Assembly (NCBI GenBank): GCA_045591865.1
Contig: JAZNTQ010000112.1
Span: 1 to 40,580, forward strand
Reading direction: 5' to 3'
DNA from: Clostridia bacterium
GTDB lineage: Bacteria > Bacillota > Clostridia > UMGS1883
DNA: 40,580 nt
The first letter of the stretch is position 1. Every line of letters begins with the position of its first letter. Below are positions 18,333-28,264 of this stretch, in pieces. The notes beneath the pieces are model-generated. The model was not told where the DNA came from and did no database searches. It saw nothing but the letters and a program-made list of their open reading frames with translations. The position numbers and the translations under genes are program-made.

Positions 18333-20417
18333 ATGACAACTATTCACGCGATAACTAACGATCAAGTGCTTTCGGCAACAGTGTTGCCGAAGGTTGCTTG
18401 CAATAATCAGAATACCGTCCGCTTGCACGTTGATTTCGACAGCACGTGGGACGGCTACGCAAGAGCGGCGGTGTTCTATACTTCGGAAAATCCGACAGTA
18501 TATGAAAAAGTATTTTCGTCCGATGATATTTGCATCGTACCGCCCGAAGTGCTGACGGAAACGTGCCATTTGTTTATCGGTGTTAAGGGTGTGGACGGCT
18601 CGGCTGTGAAAACGTCAACCGAGCTGAAATACAAAATCGTTGCGGGTGCGCCCTCGGTGGTTATTTCCGATCCGACAGACAATGTATACAATCAGCTTTT
18701 GAGCGAATACGGAAAGACAAATTCCGCTCTTGCGCTGGAAAGAAAAAGAATTGACAGTATTATCGCGCTTCCCGATGGAAGCACAACGGCAGATGCGGAA
18801 TTGACCGATATTCGCGTTGATGACGAGGGCGAAACCCACGCTTCGGCGGGTGAAGCTGTAAGAAGTCAAGTGAAGAAGATGAAAAGAGGAAGAACGGCTC
18901 TTGCTACGCTGTTGCCGTCTTCTATTGGCAATTATCCGTCCATTTCAACGGTTGATAAAACATTCACGATTGGCGGCGATACATTGATTATCAATGACCG
19001 CTTGCCGAACGGCTGGGTATCTTTACACGAAAACAACGGAAACAACACGGTAACGTGGGGATCAGAAATCACAACATCGGCAATTTGCTTCTACTATGAT
19101 ATCGCAAACAACAAGCTGGTAGCGTTGGCTTACAATGCGCGTGTTGATGATTACAATTATATTTTGCTTGCGACCTTGCGAATTGGCGGGGGAAGTGAAA
19201 AAAAGGCTTGGGCGGTGTGTTCTTCTCCGATTTATGTTGACGGCAAATTATCAACCGAAGTAAATACCTTTGGCGGCTTCGCTTCACTCTTGCCGCCGAT
19301 GCACGATGAAAGTTGCTATCCGAAGTTTTCAACGGCTGACGATACACTTGTTTTCGCTCAAGACACTTTGATTGTAGACTCTCGCTTGCCGCAAAACCAC
19401 GTATCATTGCAAGAAACCAACGGTAATAACTCGGTGTATTTTGGCGACCACGCAACAAGCGCAATATGTATATATTACGGCATTGTTGAAGAAAAGCTCG
19501 TAGCGAAGCCGTACATTGAAAAAGTCAACACATTTGATTATTTGCTTTTATGCACCATAAGAAAGAAGTCTCCCACAGATGCAAGAGTTGTTCCGATGGC
19601 TTGGGCTTCTTGTCCCGTTTGGATTGATGATAGGTTATCAACCGAAGAAGAAAGAACACCCATTATCTATGATAATTCCACCGTGAAATCGGTCAATCAT
19701 AGAGGATATAGCACGGAAGCACCCGAAAATACTCTTGCGGCATATAGGCTTTCAAAGAAGAAAGGTTTTCGATGCGTTGAGTGTGATATTTCCTTTACTT
19801 CGGACGGCTATGCGGTACTTTTGCACGATAATACGGTTGATAGAACATCGAACGGAACGGGAAATATAGCCGAAATGACACTTGAAGAGGTAAAAGCACT
19901 TGATTTTGGCTCTTGGAAGTCGGAAAAATACGCGGGAGAACAAATACCGAGATTTGAAGAATTTATTGCACTTTGCAAGCGACTTGATTTACACCCTTAT
20001 ATTGAGCTTAAAACGGGTACAGAAGCGCAGATAAAAGCTCTTGTAGGCGTTGTGAATAGACACGGTATGAAAGGTAAGGTTACTTGGATTTCGTTTGTTT
20101 CCACGTTCCTCTCGTGGATTAAAGCGGTCGATCCTAAAGCAAGACTTGGCTTTATTGTTTCGTCCGTAACCGCTTCTACCATTAACACGGTAACAAAAAG
20201 CCTACAATCTGGGCAGAACGAAGTGTTTATTGATTGCGCATATGGCGAAGCGACTGCCGAAGCCGTGCAACTCTGTTCGGACGCTGATATTCCGCTTGAA
20301 GTGTGGACAGTAAACAGCGAAAGCGAGATTCTTGCACTTTATGCTTATGTATCGGGAGTGACAAGCGATAATTTGATCGCTGGCAATGTATTTTATAATA
20401 ACTATATTGGAGGTTAA
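18333..20417 (+). CDS. baseplate/tail protein with C-terminal glycerophosphodiester phosphodiesterase (GDPD)
   Basis: BppU-like N-terminus; NHRG...APENTLAAY...VECD...VLLHD, IELK, VWTVN, GVTSD. Confidence 0.85.
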   Translation: MTTIHAITNDQVLSATVLPKVACNNQNTVRLHVDFDSTWDGYARAAVFYTSENPTVYEKVFSSDDICIVPPEVLTETCHLFIGVKGVDGSAVKTSTELKYKIVAGAPSVVISDPTDNVYNQLLSEYGKTNSALALERKRIDSIIALPDGSTTADAELTDIRVDDEGETHASAGEAVRSQVKKMKRGRTALATLLPSSIGNYPSISTVDKTFTIGGDTLIINDRLPNGWVSLHENNGNNTVTWGSEITTSAICFYYDIANNKLVALAYNARVDDYNYILLATLRIGGGSEKKAWAVCSSPIYVDGKLSTEVNTFGGFASLLPPMHDESCYPKFSTADDTLVFAQDTLIVDSRLPQNHVSLQETNGNNSVYFGDHATSAICIYYGIVEEKLVAKPYIEKVNTFDYLLLCTIRKKSPTDARVVPMAWASCPVWIDDRLSTEEERTPIIYDNSTVKSVNHRGYSTEAPENTLAAYRLSKKKGFRCVECDISFTSDGYAVLLHDNTVDRTSNGTGNIAEMTLEEVKALDFGSWKSEKYAGEQIPRFEEFIALCKRLDLHPYIELKTGTEAQIKALVGVVNRHGMKGKVTWISFVSTFLSWIKAVDPKARLGFIVSSVTASTINTVTKSLQSGQNEVFIDCAYGEATAEAVQLCSDADIPLEVWTVNSESEILALYAYVSGVTSDNLIAGNVFYNNYIGG

Positions 20418-20419
20418 AA

Positions 20420-22591
20420 ATGGCACATTTACACAGCGTATATGATTCTGATAGGCATTTTTCAATAGACGCGATAACGCGGGCAATTCGCAACGAATCG
20501 GAAAAGAACAGCCTTGTGCAGTACGACCACAATTCAGAGCGGTTTACTTTTGAACTCCCCCGCTATGTTGAAGAACACGATATGGCACTCTGTAACAGGG
20601 TGGAGATTCATTATATCAATATCGGCGCGGGCGGGGAACAAAATGCGAGTGTTTACGAAGTCAGCGATTGGCAGATAAGCCCTGATGATAACGGCGTTGT
20701 TATATGTAGCTGGCTTATTTCCGCAAACGCAACACAGCTTGCTGGCTCTTTGAACTTCTTGCTTCGCTTTGCTTGTGTTGCCGATGATGGCACGATTGAC
20801 TACGCTTGGAATACCGAAATTTGCGGCGGTATATCTGTGTCAAACGGTATGTACAACGGCGAAGCTGTTGTTGCAGAATTTCCCGATGTACTTGAAGCGT
20901 GGAAAACGGAAGTGCTTGCGGGCATGAATGTACTGCTTGACGAAGCCAAGACAGCCGCAGAGAGTGCGGCAAGCTCTGCAAGCGCGGCGAGTGAATCGGA
21001 AAGCAAAGCGCTACGCCGCGCAGATACAGCGTACAGGTCTGCAATGGAAGCAGAACAAGCAAGGTTGACCGCAGAAAACTACTTGGCAGAGACACAATCA
21101 TTGAGGGAGCTGGCATTCGCAAGTGCGGCAGAAGCAGAAAGTGCCGCAGAGAGTGCGGCAAGCGCGGCAAGCAGAGCGGAAAACGCCGCACAGTCCGCAT
21201 ATTCTGTTTTGGTAGTGAACGCAATCGAAACGCAAACAGTAAAACAAGCCGTAAGTGGCATAATATGTTATAGTTTTAGTGATGATTCTGTTGCGTACTA
21301 CTATGTAGATGTGCCAGAGACGATTATTGTGCAAGAAGGCAGAAACAATTACACCATAGATGGTGAAACCGCAGAAGCTATAACAATAGAGGGCTTTACA
21401 GATGCAAACGGAGCAACTGTGCAAGGGCTTGAAAGTGCGAGCTGGAAACAAGTTTACCACGCGGGAGCTGACGCATTATTTTGGATATGCAAAAACAGCC
21501 TTCTTGAACCCGCAAATACTATAATGACGATCACTTACGATGAGGAATCAGCCGAAACAGTCACAACTATTGATACGCCTTTAGGCGATATATTTGCGGC
21601 GATAGACGAGGGCAAAGAAGTTATATGCAAATGGGGCAATCTCACTTTAAGGCTTGCCGAGTACACAACGGGGCAGAGCGTAGAATTTACGGCGGTATAT
21701 ACAAGCGGAACAGCACAAAGACTTGCATATATAAGATATGATTACAACGGCATAACAAGCGGCGTAAAGCCGATAGCGCAAAGCAACTCGCACAGCAACG
21801 CTCTTAAAGGCAACAAAAGCGGTTCTGCGGTGGTTCTTTCCGATGTATCACCTATTGAGCATACGCTGAAAGTAAAGGCAAGAGGGGAAAATTTAATACC
21901 ATATATAGCTGATATAACATCGGCGAAAGTTGTTGCTTGCGGAAATAATTTATTCGATGTGAGCAGTCAAGCGTATACATCTACAAACGGTAGAGCAAAT
22001 TCGGAGGTATTGGAAGATGGTACATTAAGAGTGTTGGTTGCCAAAACTTCTGATTATATTGCGGTGTCTTGTGATAGCGATATAGACTTGAACGTTTTTG
22101 AGAACAATAAGATATATGTTTCGGCAGATACTAAAACAAACGGTGAAGGTAATACTCCAACTATAATTTTAAAGGCATTCAATATAGATACAGGTGCTAC
22201 CACTATCGTTGGAAATTCGATACTCCCCGATGCAAACGGAAAGATAAAAGCAGAGGCAGACATAAGCGAAGATATAAAGAAAAACTACAACACACTTACT
22301 TTAATGTTTTACTATAACGCTTCGACTACCGATGGTTGGGCGGTTGGAAATTATATTGATTACTCAAACATTATGATTTCCGCAGAACAAGCAGAGTTCG
22401 AAAAATATCAAAGTGAAGAGTATCCAATAAGTGTAGACGGAACGGTTGAGGGTGTGACATCACTCTATCCCACAACAACGCTTATGAGCGATACAGAGGG
22501 CATTACACTTGATGTTGAATACAACAGAGATATAAACAAAGCATTTGCAGAATTACAAAATGCAATAATCAGCTTGGGTGGCAACATATAA
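20420..22591 (+). CDS. BppU-like upper baseplate/receptor-binding protein
   Basis: DHNSERFTFELPRY N-terminus, Ala-rich stalk, GNNLFD beta-rich C-terminal modules. Confidence 0.7.
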   Translation: MAHLHSVYDSDRHFSIDAITRAIRNESEKNSLVQYDHNSERFTFELPRYVEEHDMALCNRVEIHYINIGAGGEQNASVYEVSDWQISPDDNGVVICSWLISANATQLAGSLNFLLRFACVADDGTIDYAWNTEICGGISVSNGMYNGEAVVAEFPDVLEAWKTEVLAGMNVLLDEAKTAAESAASSASAASESESKALRRADTAYRSAMEAEQARLTAENYLAETQSLRELAFASAAEAESAAESAASAASRAENAAQSAYSVLVVNAIETQTVKQAVSGIICYSFSDDSVAYYYVDVPETIIVQEGRNNYTIDGETAEAITIEGFTDANGATVQGLESASWKQVYHAGADALFWICKNSLLEPANTIMTITYDEESAETVTTIDTPLGDIFAAIDEGKEVICKWGNLTLRLAEYTTGQSVEFTAVYTSGTAQRLAYIRYDYNGITSGVKPIAQSNSHSNALKGNKSGSAVVLSDVSPIEHTLKVKARGENLIPYIADITSAKVVACGNNLFDVSSQAYTSTNGRANSEVLEDGTLRVLVAKTSDYIAVSCDSDIDLNVFENNKIYVSADTKTNGEGNTPTIILKAFNIDTGATTIVGNSILPDANGKIKAEADISEDIKKNYNTLTLMFYYNASTTDGWAVGNYIDYSNIMISAEQAEFEKYQSEEYPISVDGTVEGVTSLYPTTTLMSDTEGITLDVEYNRDINKAFAELQNAIISLGGNI

Positions 22592-22608
22592 CAAGGAGGT
22601 AATATACG

Positions 22609-22794
22609 ATGTTTAGCTTAAACGAATTTATTAAAAAAGGACTTTTAAACGCAGTAGGCAAGATGGCAGATTATCAAGTTATCTTGAATGCGGCTGGCTG
22701 GTTTGAAAAAGGGGTTCTTGCGGAAAACGATCTGGCTGAAATTCAGACGGCTATTGACTGCAAAAACACAAACATTGAAACAGTCGCAGAATAG
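22609..22794 (+). CDS. small protein after the receptor-binding gene
   Basis: RBS AAGGAGGT; 61 aa. Confidence 0.65.
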   Translation: MFSLNEFIKKGLLNAVGKMADYQVILNAAGWFEKGVLAENDLAEIQTAIDCKNTNIETVAE

Positions 22795-22805
22795 GGGGAA
22801 CAGCA

Positions 22806-23825
22806 ATGGCAATTAAACCTAACACAACTTACAAGATAAACGGTGTTCTCGTAAATGAGAAAATTATTCCCGATGGTACAGTTTGGAAAGACGGAACGAA
22901 AGCAAAAAAAGCTGGCTTTAGCAAGGGCTCTCTTTACAAGAAACAGAAAAAGCTCACGAACGGTACAGGCAAGGCACTTTACATTACCGTCCACAATACC
23001 AAAGGGCACTCGGGAATAGATGACGAGGGCGAGCTTTACACAAGAGCTACTTATAACGAGAATATGAGCAGTGCGCGTGTACATTTCTACGTTGATGCGA
23101 ATGGAGCTTGGCAAAATCTCAAAGCGGGTACGGGAATGTGTGCGAACGATCCCGAAGGCTCGGCGGAGATAGGTTGGCACGCTGGGGACGGCTCGGCGGC
23201 AGACGGTGGCAACTGCACTTCTATCGGTCTTGAAATCATTATGGGAGAGAAAGACGAAAGCATAAACAAAGCCGCATACGATAACGGCGCAAGGCTTATT
23301 GCGTGGCTTATTGAAAAGCACGGTCTTACGATTGACGATGTAGTAAGTCATACGTATTGGGTAAATAAGCTCAAAAAGAAAGTATTTACCGATAGAGACA
23401 AGCAAAGCACAAATATAATCAGTGGACAGAAATGGTGTCCAGCGTATATCTTCGATAGCAACAACAAGGATACTGCATTGAAGAATTGGAAGAAATTCAA
23501 AGCTCTTATATGTGAATATTTGAGCAATCCCGACAATAGCGGAACTGATACCGACAACAGCGAAACGGACAAAAAAGAAGATGAAACACCGAAAGGAGAA
23601 TGCGAAGTGAAGTTAAGCGTTTTAAAAAAGGGTAATAAGGGGGACGAAGTTAAGGCTCTGCAAATCCTCTTAATAGGCTATGGCTTTTCTTGCGGAAGTA
23701 GCGGAGTGGACGGAAGCTTCGGACCAGCAACACAAAAAGCCGTGAAAGCATATCAAACGGCGAAGAAACTTTCCGTTGACGGTAGCGTGGGTACGCAGAC
23801 TTGGACTTCTCTTCTTAAAGGCTGA
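22806..23825 (+). CDS. endolysin: N-acetylmuramoyl-L-alanine amidase + peptidoglycan-binding domain
   Basis: ITVHNT, HFYVD, GWHAGDG, SIGLEI, KWCP; C-terminal LKKG.KG.EVKALQ...DGSFG...DG.VG..TW. Confidence 0.9.
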   Translation: MAIKPNTTYKINGVLVNEKIIPDGTVWKDGTKAKKAGFSKGSLYKKQKKLTNGTGKALYITVHNTKGHSGIDDEGELYTRATYNENMSSARVHFYVDANGAWQNLKAGTGMCANDPEGSAEIGWHAGDGSAADGGNCTSIGLEIIMGEKDESINKAAYDNGARLIAWLIEKHGLTIDDVVSHTYWVNKLKKKVFTDRDKQSTNIISGQKWCPAYIFDSNNKDTALKNWKKFKALICEYLSNPDNSGTDTDNSETDKKEDETPKGECEVKLSVLKKGNKGDEVKALQILLIGYGFSCGSSGVDGSFGPATQKAVKAYQTAKKLSVDGSVGTQTWTSLLKG

Positions 23826-23851
23826 CAAACAAGTGAGAAAGGAGCTACAAA

Positions 23852-24526
23852 ATGATAGACCAACTTATTATAGGCGATAAAGCTTCTTTTGATGATTTCG
23901 GGGCTTCCGTTGCGAAAAGAACGAGAAAGCCGCCGAAGAAGAAAAGCATAAAAGAGACCGTACCGTTCTCCAATATCACGCACGATTTTACAAAAATCAA
24001 CGGGGAGATTTATTGGGAAGAACAGGCGCACGAATATATCTTCGAAATGGTTGCACCTACTCCCGAACGGTTGGAAGAAATGAAAACGGCTCTTTCGGGC
24101 TGGCTTATGAACATTATCGGAGAGGAATTGCACGATCCTATTATTCCCTACTATCATTTTATTGTCACTTATGACGATATGAGCTTTGCCGATGATGAGG
24201 GAATGGAGAAAACCACGGCAACGGTAAGCTTTACCGCCTATCCCTATAGGATTGCGAACTATCCCAAAGTTTGCGAGTTTGATATACCAGCGAACAGCAC
24301 AAAGGCGGTTTGGATTTTGAACGATTCAAACCACAGGATAACACCGAAAATCACCGCCGACAAAGCAATTACATTGAAGCTCGAAAACGTGAGTTATTCA
24401 ATGAGCGCGGGAACGGTGGAAGATGAAGCGTTCAAGCTGGAAGCGGGTATGAATAGCGTAAGTATAGTCAACTCAAATAAGGCGGCTTGCAAAGTGGTTA
24501 TCAGCTTTTACGAAGAGGTGTTCTAA
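23852..24526 (+). CDS. distal tail protein (Dit-like)
   Basis: PPKKKSIKETVPFSN...DF, F.AYPY, L.AG.N motifs; directly precedes the Tal gene. Confidence 0.75.
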   Translation: MIDQLIIGDKASFDDFGASVAKRTRKPPKKKSIKETVPFSNITHDFTKINGEIYWEEQAHEYIFEMVAPTPERLEEMKTALSGWLMNIIGEELHDPIIPYYHFIVTYDDMSFADDEGMEKTTATVSFTAYPYRIANYPKVCEFDIPANSTKAVWILNDSNHRITPKITADKAITLKLENVSYSMSAGTVEDEAFKLEAGMNSVSIVNSNKAACKVVISFYEEVF

Positions 24527-26734
24527 ATGTATATTGTGACAATTCATAATATCGGGGCAGAGCCTATCCCGATTCATAACAGCAAAGAGAAGCTGACAAG
24601 CGGAAAAGTCACAAAGGGCATTAACACTATTGATAGTTTTCAATTTTCAATGTTGCCGTCAAATGCTGGCTTCAATGAAATATACGACTATACAACTCTT
24701 GTAACGGTCTATAACACAAATAGAAACCGTTATGAGTTTTTCGGGCGGGCGCTTTATTCGGAAGATACAATGAGCGACAACGGGGCAATCAAAAAAGAAG
24801 TCATTTGCGAGAGTTATTTAGGCTTCTTTTGCGATAGCCAACAAGAGTATGTACCCGAACAGAATTGGACGGTGGGCGGTCTGCTCCAGCATATTGTAAA
24901 CACGCATAACGCTCAAGTGGAGAGCTACAAGCAATTTACAATAGGCGAAGTGACCGTTACCGACCCGAACGATAATGTGTATTGCGGTATTCAGCGCGAA
25001 AACACGTGGGAAACGCTGAAAAAGAAGTTGCTTGATGTGCTGGGCGGTGAAATCCGTTTCCGTGTTGAGGGCGATGTGATATACCTTGATTATTTAGTGG
25101 AGATCGGCGAAAAATCTTCTACCGAGATTGCTCTATCAAGGAATATGAAATCTATTGCCCGTGAAAAAGACCCGTCCGAAATTGTAACGCGGCTCATTCC
25201 TTTAGGGTGCAAACTTAAGGGAACAGACAACAAGGGCAAAGAAGTTGAAACGGAATACCGCCTGGATATTTCATCGGTCAATAACGGCAAAAAGTACATA
25301 GACGATGAAACCGCCATTGCAATATACGGAATCCGCGTTGCTACGGTTGAGTTTGACGATGTTACGGTTGCAAGTACGCTCTTGAAGAAGGGCGAAGATT
25401 GGCTGATTGAGAACAATAAATTAGCGGTCAGCTATACGATAACTGCGCTTGATTTGTCGCTGATCGGGCTTGATGCCGATGATTTTGAAGTATGCAACTA
25501 TTATCCCGTGAAAAATGCCTTGCTTGGCATTGATGATACAATCCGCGTTATCAAAAAGAACATTGATATTTGCGAAGAAATCAAAAGCACGTTGGAATTC
25601 GGCGATAACTTTGAAACTCTTTCCGCATCAATGAAGCGGTATTCCGATGAGCTGGGCTTGATTACCGCAAACTATGTAACAAATCTGCGCTTTGAAAACG
25701 CAATTGAAAAAACATCAACGCTTATTGAGCAAACGGAAGAAAATATAAGACTTGAAGTGCGTGCACAATATACTGACCTATCCGAAACAGTTTCCGAAAT
25801 AAGCCTTGGTGTCGCCAGTATTGATATGCGTGTTACGGAAATGAGCGGCGGTGTAAACGAGCTTTCCTCAACAGTTTCCGTATTAAGCGTTCAAGTTGGC
25901 TCTATTGATATGCGTGTTACGGAAATGAGCGGCGGTGTAACGGTGGCATTAGCCGAATTAGAGTTGAAAGTTGGACGTGATGAGAACGACCATATTATAA
26001 GTATGATAAATGCTTCGGCTGATGTTATCACCCTAAACTCAAATAGGCTGATTATCAATAGTAGTAATTTTAAGCTCCAAAAAAACGGCACTGTTGTCGC
26101 AAACGCGATAACCATTAACGGCGGAACTCTATCTTTACCCTCGGGAGAAGATAAAGTGGAAATAGGAGCAGAGCGCGGTATGACAATTACGGCATCAGGT
26201 TTCTCCGATGCTCACAAGAGCCGTCTGCGCTATGCTTCCGATAGAATAGCCTATATGAGTGTCGACAGTGACGGTAAAAACCACGCTATGCCCGTACAAA
26301 TTACATTCTACGGCTATTCAGACTACACAGCGAGCGCACTCTTGGGCGGCACGTGGGAGTCTACATCAGCGATTGCCGTTATTTCCGATGCAACAAAGAA
26401 AAAGAATATTGAATCGCTCGACACAAGGTATGAAACATTTTTCGATAATATAGAAGCGCGGCGATTCCAATATAAAGACGGCACAAGCGGAAGATATCAC
26501 ACGGGCTACATTACGCAAGAAATTCAAGAAGCGTTAAACAAAGCAGATATAACGGAAAAAGAATTTGCGGGTATCTGTACGTTTAATCAAGGTGGAGAAG
26601 ATGAATCAAGCGCGTTACGATATGGGGAATTTGTCTCTTTGAACACGTGGCAGATACAAAAGCTCAAAAAGCGTATTGCGGAGCTTGAAACAAAAATCAA
26701 TGAATTAGGAAGCGGGGAAAGCTATGGAGAATAA
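24527..26734 (+). CDS. Tal/tail spike protein with coiled coil and C-terminal intramolecular chaperone (peptidase S74-like)
   Basis: VTRLIPLG prophage tail domain; SDATKKKNI...HTGYITQE...LRYGEF...IQKL. Confidence 0.8.
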   Translation: MYIVTIHNIGAEPIPIHNSKEKLTSGKVTKGINTIDSFQFSMLPSNAGFNEIYDYTTLVTVYNTNRNRYEFFGRALYSEDTMSDNGAIKKEVICESYLGFFCDSQQEYVPEQNWTVGGLLQHIVNTHNAQVESYKQFTIGEVTVTDPNDNVYCGIQRENTWETLKKKLLDVLGGEIRFRVEGDVIYLDYLVEIGEKSSTEIALSRNMKSIAREKDPSEIVTRLIPLGCKLKGTDNKGKEVETEYRLDISSVNNGKKYIDDETAIAIYGIRVATVEFDDVTVASTLLKKGEDWLIENNKLAVSYTITALDLSLIGLDADDFEVCNYYPVKNALLGIDDTIRVIKKNIDICEEIKSTLEFGDNFETLSASMKRYSDELGLITANYVTNLRFENAIEKTSTLIEQTEENIRLEVRAQYTDLSETVSEISLGVASIDMRVTEMSGGVNELSSTVSVLSVQVGSIDMRVTEMSGGVTVALAELELKVGRDENDHIISMINASADVITLNSNRLIINSSNFKLQKNGTVVANAITINGGTLSLPSGEDKVEIGAERGMTITASGFSDAHKSRLRYASDRIAYMSVDSDGKNHAMPVQITFYGYSDYTASALLGGTWESTSAIAVISDATKKKNIESLDTRYETFFDNIEARRFQYKDGTSGRYHTGYITQEIQEALNKADITEKEFAGICTFNQGGEDESSALRYGEFVSLNTWQIQKLKKRIAELETKINELGSGESYGE
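25787..25940 (+). repeat. 84-nt tandem duplication in the tail spike coiled coil
   Basis: 38 identical nt at 25819-25856 and 25903-25940. Confidence 0.85.
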
Positions 26735-26957
26735 ACAGATTGAAAAGCCGTTCACATTGGAATATGCGAACGCAAAAAACAAAATTGTCAATGCGGTCAA
26801 TGAAGCAATGCACGTAAACAAGATACCGTGTTTTCTTCTTGAAAGTATTATTTCGGATATCTTACATCAAGTAGAAGCGGGTGCAAACGAGGAGCGGGGG
26901 AGCGCAAAAGCCGCCTACGAAAAACAGCTTGCAGAAAAAGAAAATACAGGGGGGTAA
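26724..26957 (+). CDS. hypothetical protein
   Basis: coupled ORF after Tal. Confidence 0.6.
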   Translation: MENKQIEKPFTLEYANAKNKIVNAVNEAMHVNKIPCFLLESIISDILHQVEAGANEERGSAKAAYEKQLAEKENTGG

Positions 26958-26960
26958 GAA

Positions 26961-27257
26961 GTGGACGGAATTGTTATTGCGTTGATTGGCGCGGGTGCTT
27001 CAATAATTGTCGAAATATTCGTGTTTCTCGGTGTTGTTCTGACAAACAAAAAATCAAACGAGAAGATCACAACGGATATTCAACACAAGTTAGAAACCGC
27101 GCAAGCGGTCACGGACACGAAGCTGGACGAGCTGACAAGAGAGGTACGGGAGCACAACGGCTTTGCAAGGCGAATGCCCGTTGTAGAAGAGCAAATCAAG
27201 GTTATCAACCACAGGATAAAAGACCTTGAACATCAAAAGAAAGCTGAAAGGGGGTAA
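26961..27257 (+). CDS. membrane protein of the lysis cassette
   Basis: N-terminal TM segment; LTREVREHNGFARRMPVVEEQIKV coiled coil. Confidence 0.65.
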   Translation: MDGIVIALIGAGASIIVEIFVFLGVVLTNKKSNEKITTDIQHKLETAQAVTDTKLDELTREVREHNGFARRMPVVEEQIKVINHRIKDLEHQKKAERG

Positions 27258-27261
27258 AAAA

Positions 27262-27525
27262 ATGAACACGGAAATCGTTGGAGTAGCGGCTATTACAATT
27301 ATCTGCTATCTTGTAGCCGAGGGTGTAAAGGCAACTCCACTTGCTAACAAGTGGATTCCCATTATATGCGGAATCTTCGGGGCTGTTCTCGGTGTTGTCG
27401 GTATGCTGATTATGCCCGACTTCCCCGCAAGCGATTATCTTTCCGCCGTTGCGGTTGGTATCGTTTCGGGACTTGCGGCTACGGGCGCAAATCAAGTTTA
27501 CAAGCAAATCACGAGCAAGGAATAA
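27262..27525 (+). CDS. holin
   Basis: three hydrophobic segments; KWIPIICG...GIVSGLAATGANQVYKQ. Confidence 0.85.
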   Translation: MNTEIVGVAAITIICYLVAEGVKATPLANKWIPIICGIFGAVLGVVGMLIMPDFPASDYLSAVAVGIVSGLAATGANQVYKQITSKE

Positions 27526-27536
27526 ACCCAAAACGG

Positions 27537-27564
27537 AAAACGGGGCGCGAAGCCCCGTTTTTTT
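27537..27564 (+). terminator. intrinsic terminator ending the late operon
   Basis: AAAACGGGGC-GCGAA-GCCCCGTTTTTTT. Confidence 0.9.
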
Positions 27565-27599
27565 GTTGCCTTAATGCCCTTTATACTCACTTTTGTACA

Positions 27600-27721
27600 T
27601 AATACACAAAAAAATATGTAAAACTTTGGTTATTTTGCGAATTGAATTATACGCAAAAAAGAGTATAATAATAGTGTAAACAAAAGATACCCCACGGGGT
27701 AAACAAGAAAGGGAAAAGAAA
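27600..27721 (+). promoter_or_regulatory. promoter-operator unit A (homologous to unit B at 36125)
   Basis: TTGAAT 27642, 16 nt spacer, TATAAT 27664; palindrome TACCCC-AC-GGGGTA 27688-27701. Confidence 0.75.
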
Positions 27722-28204
27722 ATGAAGTTGTACGGTGAAGAATTAAGAAAAAGCATACTTGAACACAAGCAGAGACTTATTGATGCTATGGATCGCCGCC
27801 AAGAACGAATAGACAACTGTGAAACCGATTATGATGATTGCTTTATATCAATACACGTTGAAGCGGACGGCATAAGAGCGTGTGATATGCAGTTGAGAAT
27901 TCTTGACGGTGACGGAATGATGGACTATGAAACAATCGTTGACGAAAACGGCAACGAGGTTAGAATACGCTTCTTCCAAAACAAGTGGGGCGGAACTTCT
28001 GTAGTCGGCAACGGTATATTTGCAAGCTCTATAAAAGCCCTTTTGAAAAAGACGGGTTGGACAGAAAAAACAATTCGCGTTCCCGCGTGGACGAAATTCT
28101 GCACAAGCGGCAGAGGTATGGCGGGCGTGATGTCGGGAAGTACAGAGATTGTTCGCTGGCATACAAATATGAAAACAGGCGAATATGTAGGCTACCCCGA
28201 TTAA
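27722..28204 (+). CDS. hypothetical protein, first gene of operon A
   Basis: 160-aa ORF with RBS behind promoter A. Confidence 0.75.
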   Translation: MKLYGEELRKSILEHKQRLIDAMDRRQERIDNCETDYDDCFISIHVEADGIRACDMQLRILDGDGMMDYETIVDENGNEVRIRFFQNKWGGTSVVGNGIFASSIKALLKKTGWTEKTIRVPAWTKFCTSGRGMAGVMSGSTEIVRWHTNMKTGEYVGYPD

Positions 28205-28215
28205 AGGAAAAGCAA

Positions 28216-28240
28216 GCCGAGGGCGGCGGCAAAACCGCCC
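28216..28240 (+). ncRNA. intergenic H-type pseudoknot, copy 1
   Basis: GCCG-A-GGGCGG-CGGC-AAAA-CCGCCC. Confidence 0.55.
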
Positions 28241-28264
28241 ACTATAAAGAAAGGATATAAGTAT

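Noticed and set aside
18333-26734. Diversity-generating retroelement or invertible tail-fibre switch
   Set aside because: No reverse transcriptase, no TR/VR pair with adenine-specific mismatches and no inverted cassettes seen; the local repeats are exact coding duplications
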